Of a stretch of DNA of 64,000 bases, positions 30,081 to 47,238 are shown one piece after another (positions within the stretch are counted from its first letter, which is position 1; each line of letters begins with the position of its first letter). The translations under genes and the position numbers were made by a program. This DNA is from Octopus vulgaris. Taxonomy: Eukaryota. The stretch covers positions 186,001 to 250,000 of the forward strand of contig OX597840.1 in assembly GCA_951406725.2 (NCBI GenBank), given 5' to 3'. Under the pieces are notes generated by a model that saw nothing but the letters and a program-made list of their open reading frames with translations, searched no databases and was not told the DNA's origin.

Positions 30081-30643
30081 TTCGCACGCAATAGTCGTAT
30101 GAAACGCCGAGCGCCAGTGATCTGCTCTTTCTCTTCAAGCGGATTCAAAAGTTCCACACGGCTTTACGGACGGAGAATGCCATTCGCAAATGCTGCTTTA
30201 AAGAACTAATTGTCACAGACAACTCCGCACTCATCGCCTCCTGTGGATTTCACCTGCATCCAATTTGCAAGCACCGTTTACAAGCCTGAACCATTCTCTT
30301 AACATGAAGAATACAATTGGCTAGAGAGCAATCATTGGCACGAACAGGACAATGAATTCCTTCAAATGACTTCGGGCGACAGTGTAGGAAATAGAGGAAA
30401 CGCATTAAACGATGTTAACGGTGATTGGTTGAAAAAAAAAAAGAGATAGGAAGACTTTTACTGGAAAATAAAATGACGAAATAAAAATTGGTATATTTTC
30501 TACCTGCTGTCATTTTGGACGACAGAATAATTGCTGAACGGTCCGAGTGTGTTCATGTGTATATGCATGTGTGTGGGTATAAGTGTGTGTGTGTGTGTGG
30601 GAGGGCTTGAATATATGTGTCTGTCTGTCTGTCTGTCTGTCTA

Positions 30644-30677
<34 letters not shown>

Positions 30678-30699
30678 GATAGATAGATAGATAGAAAAA

Positions 30700-31337
30700 C
30701 TCAGAAAAACTCAGAACGTAGACACAGACGAAATACCTATTTCTTTATTACCCACAAGGGGCTAAACACAGAGGGGACAAACAAGGACAGACATAGGTAT
30801 TAAGTCGATTACATCGACCCCAGTGCGTAAATGGTACTTAATTTATCGACCCCGAATGGATGAAAGGCAAAGTCGACCACGGCGGAATTTGAACTCAGAA
30901 CGTAGTGGCAGACAAAATACCTATTTCTTTATTGCCCACAAGGGGCTACACACAGAGGGGACAAACAAGGACAGACATAGGTATTAAGTCGATTACATCG
31001 ACACCAGTGCGTAACTGGTACTTAATTTATCAACCCCGAAAGGATGAAAGGCAAAGTCGACCACGGCGGAATTTGAACTCAGAACGTAGTGGCAGACAAA
31101 ATACCTATTTCTTTATTGCCCACAAGGGGCTACACACAGAGGGGACAAACAGGGACAGACATAGGTATTAAGTCGATTACATCGACCCCAGTGCGTAACT
31201 GGTACTTATTTAATCGACCCCGAAAGGATGAAAGGCAAAGTCGACCTCGGTGGAATTTGAAGTTAGAATGTAGCGGCAGACGAAATACCGCTCAGCATTT
31301 CGCCCGGCGTGCTAACGTTTCGGCCAGCTCGCCACCT
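30700..31337 (-). mobile_element. SINE family B with about three tandem units plus a partial fourth
   Basis: Repeats of TATTTCTTTATT(A/G)CCCACAAGGGGCT at about 30738, 30922 and 31106; head CCAGCTCGCC at about 31324. Confidence 0.92.
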
Positions 31338-31689
31338 TCACCACCAACAATAATTATACCTCTAAATTTGTCACAGGGGCAGCAAATTCAGGAGAGGAGA
31401 TTAGTACTCACCTGATACTTATTTCAACAAACCGTGAAAGGTAAAGTCGCCTCGTCGGAATTTGAAATAAGAACATGAAGACGGACAAAATGGCGCCTAG
31501 TATTTTGACAGGAGAGCTTAATAATTCTGCCAGGTTAACCACCACAGCAACAGCAGAAATAATGATTTTTTCTGTTTGTCACAGGGAGGACGTAGGTGGA
31601 ACAGAAATTTACAAAGACAGGTTACAATGTATGGGAGAAGAAAGACCTGGGAGGAGAAGAACAAGGAAATGAAAATGATGATAGATTTA

Positions 31690-35070
<3,381 letters not shown>

Positions 35071-35289
35071 AGTAATTTTTTTGTCTCTCTGCACATCTTC
35101 TTCGCTGTTATCATCTTTTCAAGATGGGAAATTACTTTTAGACCTTTTTTGACAGTTATTATTTAATAGTATTTTATTTTCGGTCGCTGATAAATAAATA
35201 TACAAACAAACAAACAAACAAACAAACAAATCGATGAATAAATAAAAATAAAATAAAATAAAGAAGATGTAGAAAAGGAAAAAAAAACT

Positions 35290-36395
35290 GAAGATGATGG
35301 TGCTGGTGCTGATGATGAACGATGACGCCGATGTTCATAATGATGAAGATGATGATGATGACGGTTATGGTGATGAGGATGAAGATGATGATGACGACGA
35401 CGACGGCTATGATGATGAAGATGATGATGATGATGGTGGTTGTGGTGCTGGCAGTGGTGGTGATGGTAGAGTTGAAGAAATGATGGTAAGGAAGTATATG
35501 ACTTTGATGAGGATGAATATGATGATGATAATGATGATGATGACGATGATGATGATGATGACGATGATGACGATGATGACGATGATGATGATGGTTGCAT
35601 TGGTGGTGGCGATGATGATGATTGTGGTCATGATGGTGATGATGATGTTGATGATGATGTTGATGATGAGGATGATGGTTATGATAATGATGATGACGAT
35701 GATGTTGATGATGATGGTGATGATGATGATGATAATGATGATGATGGTGATGATGATGATGACTATGATAATGATGGTGATGTTGATGTTGATGATGATG
35801 ATGGTGATGGTGATGATGATGATGGTGAGGATGTTGAAAAGCTGAAATACCTAGTATAATAACCATCTCAGCCGCTTGTACCACCGCCACCGCCACCGCC
35901 ACCGCCACCGCCACCGCCACCGCCACCGCCACCACTACCACCACCACCACCACCACCACCACCACCACCACCACCACCAGCACCGTTGCCGCAACAAGCA
36001 TTTTCCTCCATCACCACAAACTCCCACAACCGCCTTCCCCCACTTCAACCCCATCAAACACCACCACCACCATTTCCACCACTATCACCAAAACGTCAAC
36101 AACAACAACACGACCACTGCCACCAAGAACAACTACAATAGCATCACAACCATCACCACCACCACCACCACCACCACCAGCACCGTTGCCGCAACAAGCA
36201 TTTTCCTCCATCACCACAATCTCCCACAACCGCCTTCCCCCACTTCAACCCCATCAAACACCACCACCATTTCCACCACTATCACCAAAACGTCAACAAC
36301 AACAACACGACCACTGCCACCAAGAACAACTACAATAGCATCACCACCACCAACAACAAGAACACCACCACCACCAACAACAACAACAACACCAT
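35290..36395. repeat. (GAT)n tract, (CACCGC)n and a ~200-bp tandem duplication
   Basis: CAGCACCGTTGCCGCAACAAGCATTTTCC...AACTACAATAGCATCAC repeated at about 35978 and 36178. Confidence 0.9.
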
Positions 36396-36974
36396 GGCCA
36401 CGGCAGTTATTTTCTGAGTTTCCTATGCAATAGGTAATCATGGAGACGAGAGGGAAAAATCTATCAAATTTTGTGAGAAAACTGTTCTTCTTTCTGTCAA
36501 ATGTTTCTTATGAGACGTTATAATTATCAAGCTATCTATCGTTCTGTCTGTTTGTCCGTCTATCGCTTTGTCTCTCTGTTTGTCCGTCCGCTTGCCTGTC
36601 GGTGCATCGGTCGGTCTGTTAATATATATTTTTGTTCGTATGTCTGTCGATATAAATGGATAAATGCATAAATGTGTATAACTGTGCACATACAGCAAAT
36701 ATAGATTGATTGATAGACGAATAGACGGATAAATAGACAGATGGATGTGTTGATAGAGAGATAGATGGATGGCTAGATGGATGTGGCTGGACTGATAGGT
36801 GGATAAATGGATGGATAAACAGATGCATAGATAAATAGATATATAGGTCGATAGATAGATATATGGATAGCTAGATTGATTAATGGGCAGATATATAGAT
36901 ACATGGATTAATATATAGATAAATAGGTGGACAGAGAGTTGTATAGATGGATGAATAGATGGATAGATAGGTGC

Positions 36975-37023
<49 letters not shown>

Positions 37024-37026
37024 CAG

Positions 37027-37057
<31 letters not shown>

Positions 37058-37361
37058 GATAGATAGTTAGATAGATAGATAGTTAGAGATATAGAGAGAT
37101 GAATAGCTAGATTTATGGATGAGCAGATAGATAAATAAATAGATGGATAGATAGAAAAATGGATGGATAGATATATAAATGGCTGTAGAGATAGATAGAT
37201 TGATAGAGGGGAGCATAGATACATAGGTGGATAGATTGATAGATAGGTTGTTAAGGCGGCAAGAGGACAGAAACGTTAGCACGCTGGGGTCGATCTAATC
37301 GATTGGCCCCCTCCCCACCAAATTTCGGGCCTTCTGCCTAGAGTAGAATGGAATATAATCA

Positions 37362-37870
37362 AGAGGCTTAATAGGATCATTTGTCTTTGAAACTACTGTT
37401 TACTATGAACGTCCATTTCACCTGCAATACGTACAGTGTATGGAAATGCTAAATTTCTCTTTAAGCAGGACGTCGTACAACCACACTATTGCCAAGAATT
37501 GCCAACTTACTTAGATAAGTTGTATGGACGAAAAGGTGCAGTTGGGTAAGAAGTTGTTGGATGAGAAGTTGATTAGATCGACCCCAGTGCACAAATTGTA
37601 CTTAATTTATCGACCCCAAAAGGATGAACGGCAACCACACTATAGCCAAGACGTGCCAGCTTACTCGGATGAGAAGTTGTAAGGACGAAAAGGTCCTGTT
37701 GAGTATCTGCATGTACTCCTTGTATAACACCTGCAGACTTATGCGGTACCCTACAGGATGTCGTGTATCGCAGAAGACTGGTTATACTGACGGCCCTTCA
37801 GGAACAAAATGAAATAACCTGTGCAGCAATCCCAGTGGACACTGGCCAATGCTGCCCGTGCAGCAATTCA
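37362..37870 (+). mobile_element. Decayed Tc1/mariner-superfamily transposase catalytic fragment (DD41D-like spacing inferred)
   Basis: Translations GLIGSFVFETTV, FLFKQDVVQPHY, GRKGPVEY and GTLQDVVYRR...TALQEQNEITCAAIP. Internal ~70-bp duplication (about 37478 and 37632) around a SINE B scrap. Confidence 0.65.
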
Positions 37871-37871
37871 C

Positions 37872-38170
37872 CATGGCCCTGTGGTTAGAGCAGCGGACTC
37901 GCGGTCGAGGGATCGCGGGTTCGAACCTCAGACCGGACGATGTATGTGTTTATGAGCAAAAACACCTAAGCTCCACGCGGCTCCGACAGAAGGTAATGGC
38001 GAAACTTCTGCTGACTGTTTCGCCACAACTTTCTCTCACTCTTTCCTCCTGCATCTTGCAGCTTACCTGCGACTGACCGGCATCCCGTCCAGGTAGGGAA
38101 CCTATACGTCAAGAAACCGGGAAACCGGCTCTTATGAGTCAGGCATGGCTCGAGAAAGAAACAAACAACA
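37872..38170 (+). mobile_element. SINE family C (tRNA-Arg-like head, V-SINE-like CCTGCGA..CCGGC.TCCCGTCCAGG motif)
   Basis: TGGCCCTGTGGTTAGAGCAGCGGACTCGCGG...GGTTCGAAC boxes; (AACA)n tail; matches the copy at 50898. Confidence 0.9.
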
Positions 38171-38817
38171 AAAACCTTGATAATATCTTCCAATTGTGGA
38201 GGTTAAAGCTAGACAGCATTAATCCAGTGATATATGAATAAATTTATGTATTTTTTTTTCGTTTTTCTTGTTTCAGCTCAGAGCTGCGGCCATATACAAT
38301 TTTTTGGCGGACATTGTATATACGTATATAATTACTTGTGGCACTCATTCGAATCAAGGTTCTTAATAATCAGAACACCAAGTCAGGGTCGAGATTATCA
38401 TATACGTGCAAATGGCGTATACGGACACACACGCATATATCAACGTATATACGTACATGTCCTAAAACTTAGATATATGCGCATAAACAAATCGATATAC
38501 ACATGTTGATGAATATACAGTGCTAGGACATGTCCGTACATACACTGATATAAGTGTGTCCACATACAATGTATATATATATATATTTATATATTTATAC
38601 ACGCACATACATACACACACACACACACACACATAATAGATTAGAACAACACGTACACAGAGGTCTTCTTCATACGGACTGAGTTTTCAATTTTGCGAAA
38701 GTCGTTTTCCAATATATACCTCTTATTACACACCTTAATGTCAGCAGACACATACACATACATATACAAGTATGCATGCACACATACAAGCATGCATAGG
38801 TACATACACCCACATGC

Positions 38818-38919
<102 letters not shown>

Positions 38920-38947
38920 AACATATATATATATACATATATATATG

Positions 38948-38983
<36 letters not shown>

Positions 38984-39248
38984 ATATATACATGCTTATT
39001 GTTATACATACATATGCTTGGTTACAGGTACACATTCACACATGTCAAACACGCACACACTAAACGCCTTCACAATTCCTACAATTCCCATTCACACAAA
39101 CCAACACACACATACACCCCCACACACACGAACTCCTCATAATGAAAAAACGCACGCACCCTTAAAAATGTTTTCCTACACACTTACACACACTACTGAT
39201 ACAAGAAGCATCCACAAAAACGCACACACATCAAATGTCCACATACAC

Positions 39249-39286
<38 letters not shown>

Positions 39287-39438
39287 GCGTACACCCAAGC
39301 CTATCTCCATATATGTATAACAACCACATTTAAGCATACACACTCTGAGATACCTAAGGTTGTCCACAGGCATGTACAATAACCAAATGAACATATACAC
39401 ACAATCACCCACACATAACATTCCCCTCACAGACACAA

Positions 39439-39477
<39 letters not shown>

Positions 39478-39896
39478 TACATACACATAAAGCACTCGCA
39501 CCTAATCTCGTTCACGTACAATAACCACATTTTACACGTACACACAAGCAAGCGCCTTCATAGAATGCCATTTACTGCCCTTGTACCTCATCTCCATTTC
39601 ATTAACTCTCTTACGTTGCAAAAAAAAGCACTTTTGTTTTCTCTCTCACTTCCGCCTCACTCTTAATAATGGAGACTTCGTAAAACACATACATGCGATA
39701 TTTTCGTTATGGTTTATATATTCTTCTGTTCTTGTTTTCTTATTCCATTCGTTGAAATACCAATATCTTCGAAACGTCAAAATTTCTGCTTCTGTTGCTG
39801 TTTCTTTTCTTTTCATTAAGTAAAACTAATAGAAAAATTCTATCGCGCCGTAGCCTGTCCTTGAGTGCGAGTGTTTCTGCATATTGTGCGCGCGTG

Positions 39897-40158
39897 TACA
39901 CACACACACACACACACACACAACACACACATACACACACACACATGCACACATACTCACACACATACACACACATACACACAGAACTCATACATATACA
40001 CATACACACATACACACATACACACAAACAACACACATACACACAAACAACACACACACAACAGACAAACACACACACATACACACACACACACACACAC
40101 ACGTACTCACACACATATACACACACATAAACACACAACACACACATACACACAAACA

Positions 40159-40198
<40 letters not shown>

Positions 40199-40474
40199 AC
40201 ATACACACACATACTCACACACACAACACACACACAACACACATACACACACAACACACACAACACACACATGCACATACACACATACTCACACACAACA
40301 CACACACACAACACACATACACACATACACACATACACACACACACACACATATACACACACATCACACACACACACATACACACACACAACACACACAT
40401 ACACACACACAACACACACATACACACATACATACACACACACACAACACACAAACACACACACACAACACACA

Positions 40475-40540
<66 letters not shown>
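39897..40540. repeat. Long degenerate (CA)n tract
   Basis: Direct reading. Confidence 0.97.
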
Positions 40541-40544
<4 letters not shown>

Positions 40545-40805
40545 TTGTGTGTATGTAATCTATACAGTAAATCAAATTGCGAACAACAAAACACCATACC
40601 AAAAAGACATCAGAAGTTGAACGAACGTTCATAGTTAATATTATTAGGCTGACGTCTAAAGAAGGCAAAAGTTATAAAAGCAGAAGTTATAAAATGAACG
40701 AACGAAAGTAACACGCAACATGTTTATAGGGAGTTGCGAATATTGAAAAAAAGAAAGGTCGACTCTTCTCCATATAGGTTTCATAGCCGCAGATACGTGC
40801 TTTTA

Positions 40806-40847
<42 letters not shown>

Positions 40848-40856
40848 TAAAAGCAC

Positions 40857-40893
<37 letters not shown>

Positions 40894-40894
40894 T

Positions 40895-41142
40895 AGTTGA
40901 ATGAATTATCCTAGTATGGATAATACGGTTAACCGATACCCGGGTAGCAAATTCACGTCAGAAAACACGGTTGAAGCTACATGCCAAGGGCAGAGATCAC
41001 GTGCTTTCGTGTGGAAATTTGTGTGTTTTTTTTACTATAAATAAATGAAATGATAAATGAAATACTATAAATAATGCAGTCTTCGAAACATATGTCGAGA
41101 ATAAAGGAATTTTGTTAAATCGTCGTTCAACTTCATTCTTTC

Positions 41143-41143
<1 letters not shown>
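40895..41143 (-). mobile_element. Second copy of the 5025 PLE-type terminal fragment with an inverted hammerhead 3' half
   Basis: TTGAATGAATTATC...AACCGATACC.GGGTAGCAAATTCAC shared with 5031-5090; TTCGAAACATATGTCGAGAATAAAGG...ATTCTTTCA shared with 5391-5451. Confidence 0.7.
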
Positions 41144-41198
<55 letters not shown>

Positions 41199-41586
41199 TA
41201 AATAAAATAAAACATATGCATATATACATACATATATGTACGTACCAACCTCTACATGTATATATACATGCATGTATGGGTACAGGACACCAAAAATAAC
41301 GTCGAACACAATGAGAAACGAAAACATAAACACAAAACCAAGGAAATGGACGTTTTCTTAAACAACAGGACATACAATACAAGGAAAATTCCCCTTCTTC
41401 AGTCGCCTTTGTTTCATCAACTCCACGTTTCGAAGGTCAAGGCGAGACATGACTTTAATGAAACATTCCTTCCCGCGAAAAGCAAATTAAATAAAATTTG
41501 AGATTTTTTTGCGGAGGGGTAAAAATGGTAACAAAAACAGGACAATAACGACAGTACAAAAAATATATGTACATATATATATATAT

Positions 41587-41654
41587 ATATCTGAGCTGAT
41601 GAAGGAAAAGTGGCGTTTAACCCACGAATCCAGAAACAGGCTGTCCTCGGGTAT
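41587..41654 (+). ncRNA. Type I hammerhead ribozyme motif with canonical core
   Basis: ATATCTGAG-CTGATGA-AGGA..GTGG..CCAC..TCCA-GAAAC-AGGCT-GTC-CTCGGGTAT; 9-bp stem I including GU pairs; predicted cleavage after 41645. Confidence 0.75.
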
Positions 41655-41929
41655 CTTATATGGATGTGATCTTTCATTGTTTTTCCCTTATACCTATGTG
41701 AGTTATTTTCTGAGTATGCATTGTCTGGAGACTTTTACTTGCAGTTGAAGAAATAGCCAAATTTTTGGCTGCTATTTCTGAAAAGTTCGGTGTGTGGTAA
41801 AGTGAATTTTTTTACTTTACCATATTTTTATAAATTAATATTTCAAATATACCGTAAACGGTCTTTTTACATACCGAATACTGCTTGGTCGAATTGATTA
41901 ACAATTAATTAATTCTACCCTTTTTTACT

Positions 41930-41974
<45 letters not shown>

Positions 41975-42583
41975 TTTCATCTTGTCTCTTTGTTTTCTCT
42001 CCGTGCTGGTATATAGACAATTTAGGTAGTTATGGAGTCAGATCATGGCTGCTGTTTCCAGCATGGTGGTATCTCGTAGATACCCTAATTTATAATTTTA
42101 ATAATTATTACCTTTGAAGGTTACTTTTTCCCATGCTGACCACTTGATAAAATCGTTATTTTAGTTTTAAATGAACGATATTATTCTTATATATATATTC
42201 TACGAATATTTGGCTCAGAACTACATGTCCCCTTATCCCTGGATGATAAGCCTGTCTTTTTCCTTAATGGTATATCCACCTGATAGAATTGTTGATTTTT
42301 GAGATTGCTCTTTCCTTTTTCGTACGGAGATGGTCTTTATTGCTATTTGGTAATTGTGACTACGCTCTGGAAGCAGAGATAATATTAATAAATCAAGAAT
42401 TTATGTAATACGGTCTGTGATATATACCTCAAAACGTCTATATTATATAAAAACACATTAGGCAGTCTGAGTTATTTTTCTTTCTACTTTTTTCTTTCTT
42501 TCTTTCTTTCTTTCTTTCTTAAATTCGACGTTTTACCGATTCTACCAATTTAGTCTCAAAGGCGGCTTCTAATGTGTTGCTAA

Positions 42584-42962
42584 CGTGTGGTAAGTAGCTT
42601 ACTTACCAACCACATGGTTCCAGGTTCATTCACACTGCTTGGCACCTTGGGCAGTGTCTTCTTCTATAGCCTTGGGCCGACCAAAACCTTGTGAGTGGAT
42701 TTGGTAGACGGAAACTGAAAGAAGCCCGTCGTATATATGTATATATATATATGTGTGTATACGTTTGTGTGTCTGTGTTTGTCTCCCCAACATCGCTTGA
42801 CAACCGATGGTGGTGTGTTTATGCCCCCGTAACTTACGGTTTGGCAAAAGAGACCGATAGAATAAGTACTAGGCTTACAAAGAATAAGTCCCGAGGTCGA
42901 TTTGCTCGACTAAAGGTGGTACTCCAGCATGGCTGCAGTCAAATGACTGAAACAAGTAAAAG
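42584..42962 (+). mobile_element. SINE family A, slightly 5'-truncated
   Basis: GTGTGGTAAGTAGCTT...CCTTGGGCAGTG...GACTGAAACAAGTAAAAGA. Confidence 0.9.
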
Positions 42963-43049
42963 ACAGTATAGAGATTAATGCTAGGTATTCCGTGATTGGT
43001 CTGTTGGATGAGAAATGATGTAACTGATTGAACGGTTTATTAGGGCAGA

Positions 43050-43900
43050 GGTGGTGGTGCTGGTGCTGGTGGCGGCGGTAGTAACGGTGGCGATGATAGG
43101 GGTGGTTTAGGTGTTGGTGGTAGTGTTGGGCCTGGTGATGGTGATTGGTAGTTGTGGTAGAGGTTGTAGGGGTATTGGTGGTGATGGCAGCGATAGCAGT
43201 GGTAGTGGTGATGGTAGTGGTGGTGGTGGTGTTAGTAGCGATGGTAGTGCTGATGGTGGTGTTGGCGATGGTTATGTAGGTTATGGTGGTGCGATGGTGA
43301 TGGCCGGGATTGTGGTGGTGGTGGTAGTGGTTATAGAGGTGTTGGTGATTGTGGGGTTGATGATGACGGTGGTGGTGGTGGTGGTGGTGATGGTGGTGAT
43401 GGTTCTAGTTATAGTGTTGCTGTGGATGGTGGTGGTGGTGGTGGTTATAGTGGTGTTGGTGATGGTGGTGGTGAGGATGATTGTGATGGCAGCGGTGGTG
43501 GCGGTGGTGGCGATGGTGATGGCCGTGGTTGTGGTGGTGATGGTTGTAGTTTTAGTGTTGCTGTGGATGGTGGTGGTGGTGGTTATAGTAGTGTTGGTGA
43601 TGGTGGTGGTGGTGATGATGATGATGGCGGCGGTGGTGGTGGCGGTGATGATGGCCGTGGTTGTGATGGTGATGGTTGTAGTTATAGTGGTGCTGTGGAT
43701 GGTGGTGGTTATAGTGGTGTTGGGGATGGTGGTGGTGATGTTGATGGTGATGGCGGCGGTGGTGGTGGTAGCCGATGGTGATGGTCATGGTTGTGGTAGT
43801 GATTATAGTAGTTATAGTGGTGCTGTGGATGGTGATGGTGGTGGTTATAGTAGTGGTGATAGTGGTGGTCGTGATGATGGTGATGTTGGGGATGGTAGTG
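43050..43900. repeat. (GGT/GAT)n tract with a ~130-bp higher-order periodicity
   Basis: GCTGTGGATGGTG recurs at about 43419, 43560, 43692 and 43822. Confidence 0.88.
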
Positions 43901-44220
43901 CTTCTGAAGGTACTAGGGTACGACGATGTTGAGGTACACTGTTCACCGAAAACGAAAATGTCAGTTCCCTTGTAACCCCCCTTTAAAATTTTTATCAATT
44001 ATTATAATTCGCCAATTTCCGTCTTATCAGCAAGAAATTATGACAGATTCTGCTGCACAAAATGTCTGCTAGTGCATGCAGCTGCATATTAATGCACATA
44101 TCTGCATTGACATTAAACGCGTTGCATGCACTTAGTGTCACACAACCCTATACACATATACACATATATAAGTGTTTGTATATATGGGTGTATATATATA
44201 TATATATGTATATATATGTG

Positions 44221-44251
<31 letters not shown>

Positions 44252-44362
44252 GTGTATATATATATATGTATATATATGTATATATATATGTGTATATTTA
44301 TATATATGTATATATATATGTATATATATATGTATATATATGTATATATATGTATATATATG

Positions 44363-44396
<34 letters not shown>

Positions 44397-44428
44397 TGTA
44401 TATATATGTATATATATGTATATATATG

Positions 44429-44542
<114 letters not shown>

Positions 44543-44977
44543 TCGAAAATTAAACAGAAGCATGACAAAGAAAAGAATGAAAAATTCACACTCATGACAT
44601 AATTGTGCTCATTCCTCTTCAGTTTTCATAAAAACAAATCATTAGAATTAAACGCCTTTAATGCTGCTATTGTTCATTTTTTTGGGTGACGTCAACAGCG
44701 AAAATCTCGTGGGAATAATGAGGGGAAATTGAGAACAGGGGGGGGAAAGGTAATGGCTTCGAAGATGAGTTTAGAAAGGAAATAAAATATACAATGTACT
44801 AACAAAATAAGGGCAATACTGCTCTGAGACAAGGATAGGATAGGACGTGTGTATAAGTAATGTAATGGAAATGTTTTAAAGGACTGGAAACGGAAAGGGG
44901 ACAGATGAGAAGATAGAAAGCGGATAAAACGAAGCTAAAAGCGAACGGTGAAAAAAAACACAAACAGGAGTTTGTTA

Positions 44978-45148
44978 GGCGCAGGAGTGGCTGTGTGGTA
45001 AGTAGCTTGCTAACCAACCACATGGTTCCGGGTTCAGTCCCACTGCGTGGCATCTTGGGCGAGTGTCTTCTACTATAGCCTCGGGCCGACCAATGCCTTG
45101 TGAGTGGATTTGGTAGACGGAAACTGAAAGAAGCCCATCGTATATATG

Positions 45149-45187
<39 letters not shown>

Positions 45188-45370
45188 TTGTGTGTCTGTA
45201 TTTGTCCCCCTCGCATTGCTTGACAACCGATGCTGGTGTGTTTACGTCCCCGTCACTTAGCGGTTCGGCAAAAGAGACCGATAGAAAAAGTACTGGGCTT
45301 ACAAAAGAATAAGTGCCGGGGTCGATGCTCCAGCATGGCCGCAGTCAAATGACTGAAACAAGTAAAAGAG
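44978..45370 (+). mobile_element. SINE family A, full length
   Basis: Complete head, central region and tail, as at 14928. Confidence 0.93.
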
Positions 45371-45689
45371 AAAGAGAGAAAGAGAAACAAACGGTCTCTT
45401 GAAAGTAGAGAAGGACCCGTGAGCCTGAATGAAACCAGAATGTATGAGTCAAAGGACAAGGAAGAAATGTAGGTTGGACAGGCATAAGTATGGTCACGTG
45501 TTACGTGGTCGGGGAGGAGAGAGAAAAACGCGAAGGAGGGTTGAGAGACAGAAACCAACAGAGAGTTAAATTGATGAAAGAGGGAAGAAGAGAGAAGAAA
45601 AAAGGAAGAGGGGCCGTACAAAAAATTTCTGTTATATAGATGGGTGCGAGGTGTTACGTTAGGTAATAAGTTGCAAAGTTAAGCAATTA

Positions 45690-45930
45690 CGAGGGATACC
45701 CCCAAAGTAACCGGAAACGTTCTCTGTGGGACAAGCCCGTCGTAGTTCAGGCTTCTACTCGATAGAAGCCACTTGATGCGACCCTCAGGCATCACTCTGC
45801 CGATCGGCGTTGTCGGTTTTGGTCGTACAGTTACGTGGTGCTTTCTTTGTATTTCAGCATGTCTCCCATGTTCGTCGATTTTCGCGATAACTGAAACAAA
45901 GGAACAGGATGCTTCAGTGAAATTTTCTAT
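45690..45930 (+). mobile_element. Mariner-family transposon 5' end
   Basis: TA|CGAGGGATACCCCCAAAGTAACCGGAA mariner-type TIR, then TETKEQDASVKF (cf. mariner EQRAxIKF start). Confidence 0.65.
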
Positions 45931-46070
45931 TCTTATTTCTTTATTGCCCACAAGGGGCTTAACATAGAGGGGACAAAAGAGGACAAACAAAGGGATTAAG
46001 TCGATTACATCGACCCCAGTGAGTAACTGGTACTTAATTTATCAAAACCCGAAAAGATGAAAAGCAAAGA
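45931..46070 (-). mobile_element. SINE family B 3' fragment
   Basis: TATTTCTTTATTGCCCACAAGGGGC...TCGATTACATCGACCCCAGT. Confidence 0.85.
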
Positions 46071-46268
46071 ACCTGATCATCCTCGCAATTTCAGCTGATT
46101 AATCTTGAGATTGCTCCAATATGGCCAGCCCCAAAGAAAAAATAAGTTAAGCGCATTTGATTCCTTGGAAGAAAGCTTCGAATGTATACAAAACAAGGAC
46201 GGAAAAACGAACGATGTTACACGAATATAAATACAAAAGTAATACGTAAAAACAACAACAACAACAAC

Positions 46269-46315
<47 letters not shown>

Positions 46316-46344
46316 CAATAACAGGACATATATATATATATATA

Positions 46345-46877
46345 TGGCCACTTGATGATATTGATTTTTAAATATCGATATTATCCTTATTTATAAATTT
46401 ATATAATTCGTCACTATATTCACTGCAGTGTTTATTTTGACCATATCGTGCTTATGAGATGTTTTGATGGGCAATTTAACTGGCCTTGTGCATACGTGCA
46501 TATATATGTATGGACGTTCGTATATGTAAGTATATCGTTTGTTCTGCATATATACATCTGTATTTATGTACTCCTGATATATTCAACCGATGACGGCAAA
46601 GCTTATTTAAAGCAAAACCAGAAATCCTGGATCTTGAATTATTCAATAATATTTTGTGCAAGTCTATTTTGTCCCTCTGTCTTATCTCATGGTACGATAT
46701 GAACATTTTAACGTGGTTTTTAAAGTCAGGGTTTTGACTGCTATTTCGGCACGGTGGTGTCTCTCAGACACCCTTATTTTTAGTTGTAAAAAAATTATTA
46801 CCTTTGTACGGTATTTTTCCCATGCTGGCCACTTGATAATATCGATTTTTAAATATCGATATTATCCTTATTTATAA

Positions 46878-46879
<2 letters not shown>
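46345..46879 (+). mobile_element. Hammerhead-containing non-coding element with 54-bp terminal direct repeats, in (TA)n
   Basis: 46345-46398 matches 46826-46879. Hammerhead at 46581-46639: ATTCAA-CCGATGA-CGG..CCA-GAAAT-CCTGG-ATC-TTGAAT. A related fragment lies at about 42030-42190. Confidence 0.65.
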
Positions 46880-46933
<54 letters not shown>

Positions 46934-47030
46934 GCATATATACATACATACAAACATATAAATATGACCTCGTGTGTACCGTTGGCGATTTTTTGCCTCT
47001 GTCTTCCCTTCTCTGGAGCTTTCCTTCCAT

Positions 47031-47065
47031 GTTTCTGACGAAGAGCTCCGCTCGAAACGTTAAAG
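47031..47065 (+). ncRNA. Minimal type I hammerhead motif within a PLE-type terminal fragment (about 46965-47155)
   Basis: TTT-CTGACGA-AGAGCTCCGCTC-GAAAC-GTT-AAA; canonical core and palindromic AACGTT stem III. Confidence 0.75.
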
Positions 47066-47158
47066 CCTCCTTCTTTCCTGAGCGTCCAATAATACTATAC
47101 TTGTTCCACGTCCTCGCGTTGTTGTGTTTTTTTGTGCTTTCTTGCTTGGATTAACTAT

Positions 47159-47238
<80 letters not shown>

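Noticed and set aside
37872-37940. tRNA gene at the heads of SINE A, C and D
   Set aside because: A and B boxes are present but there is no complete cloverleaf or acceptor stem, and the heads run into SINE bodies.
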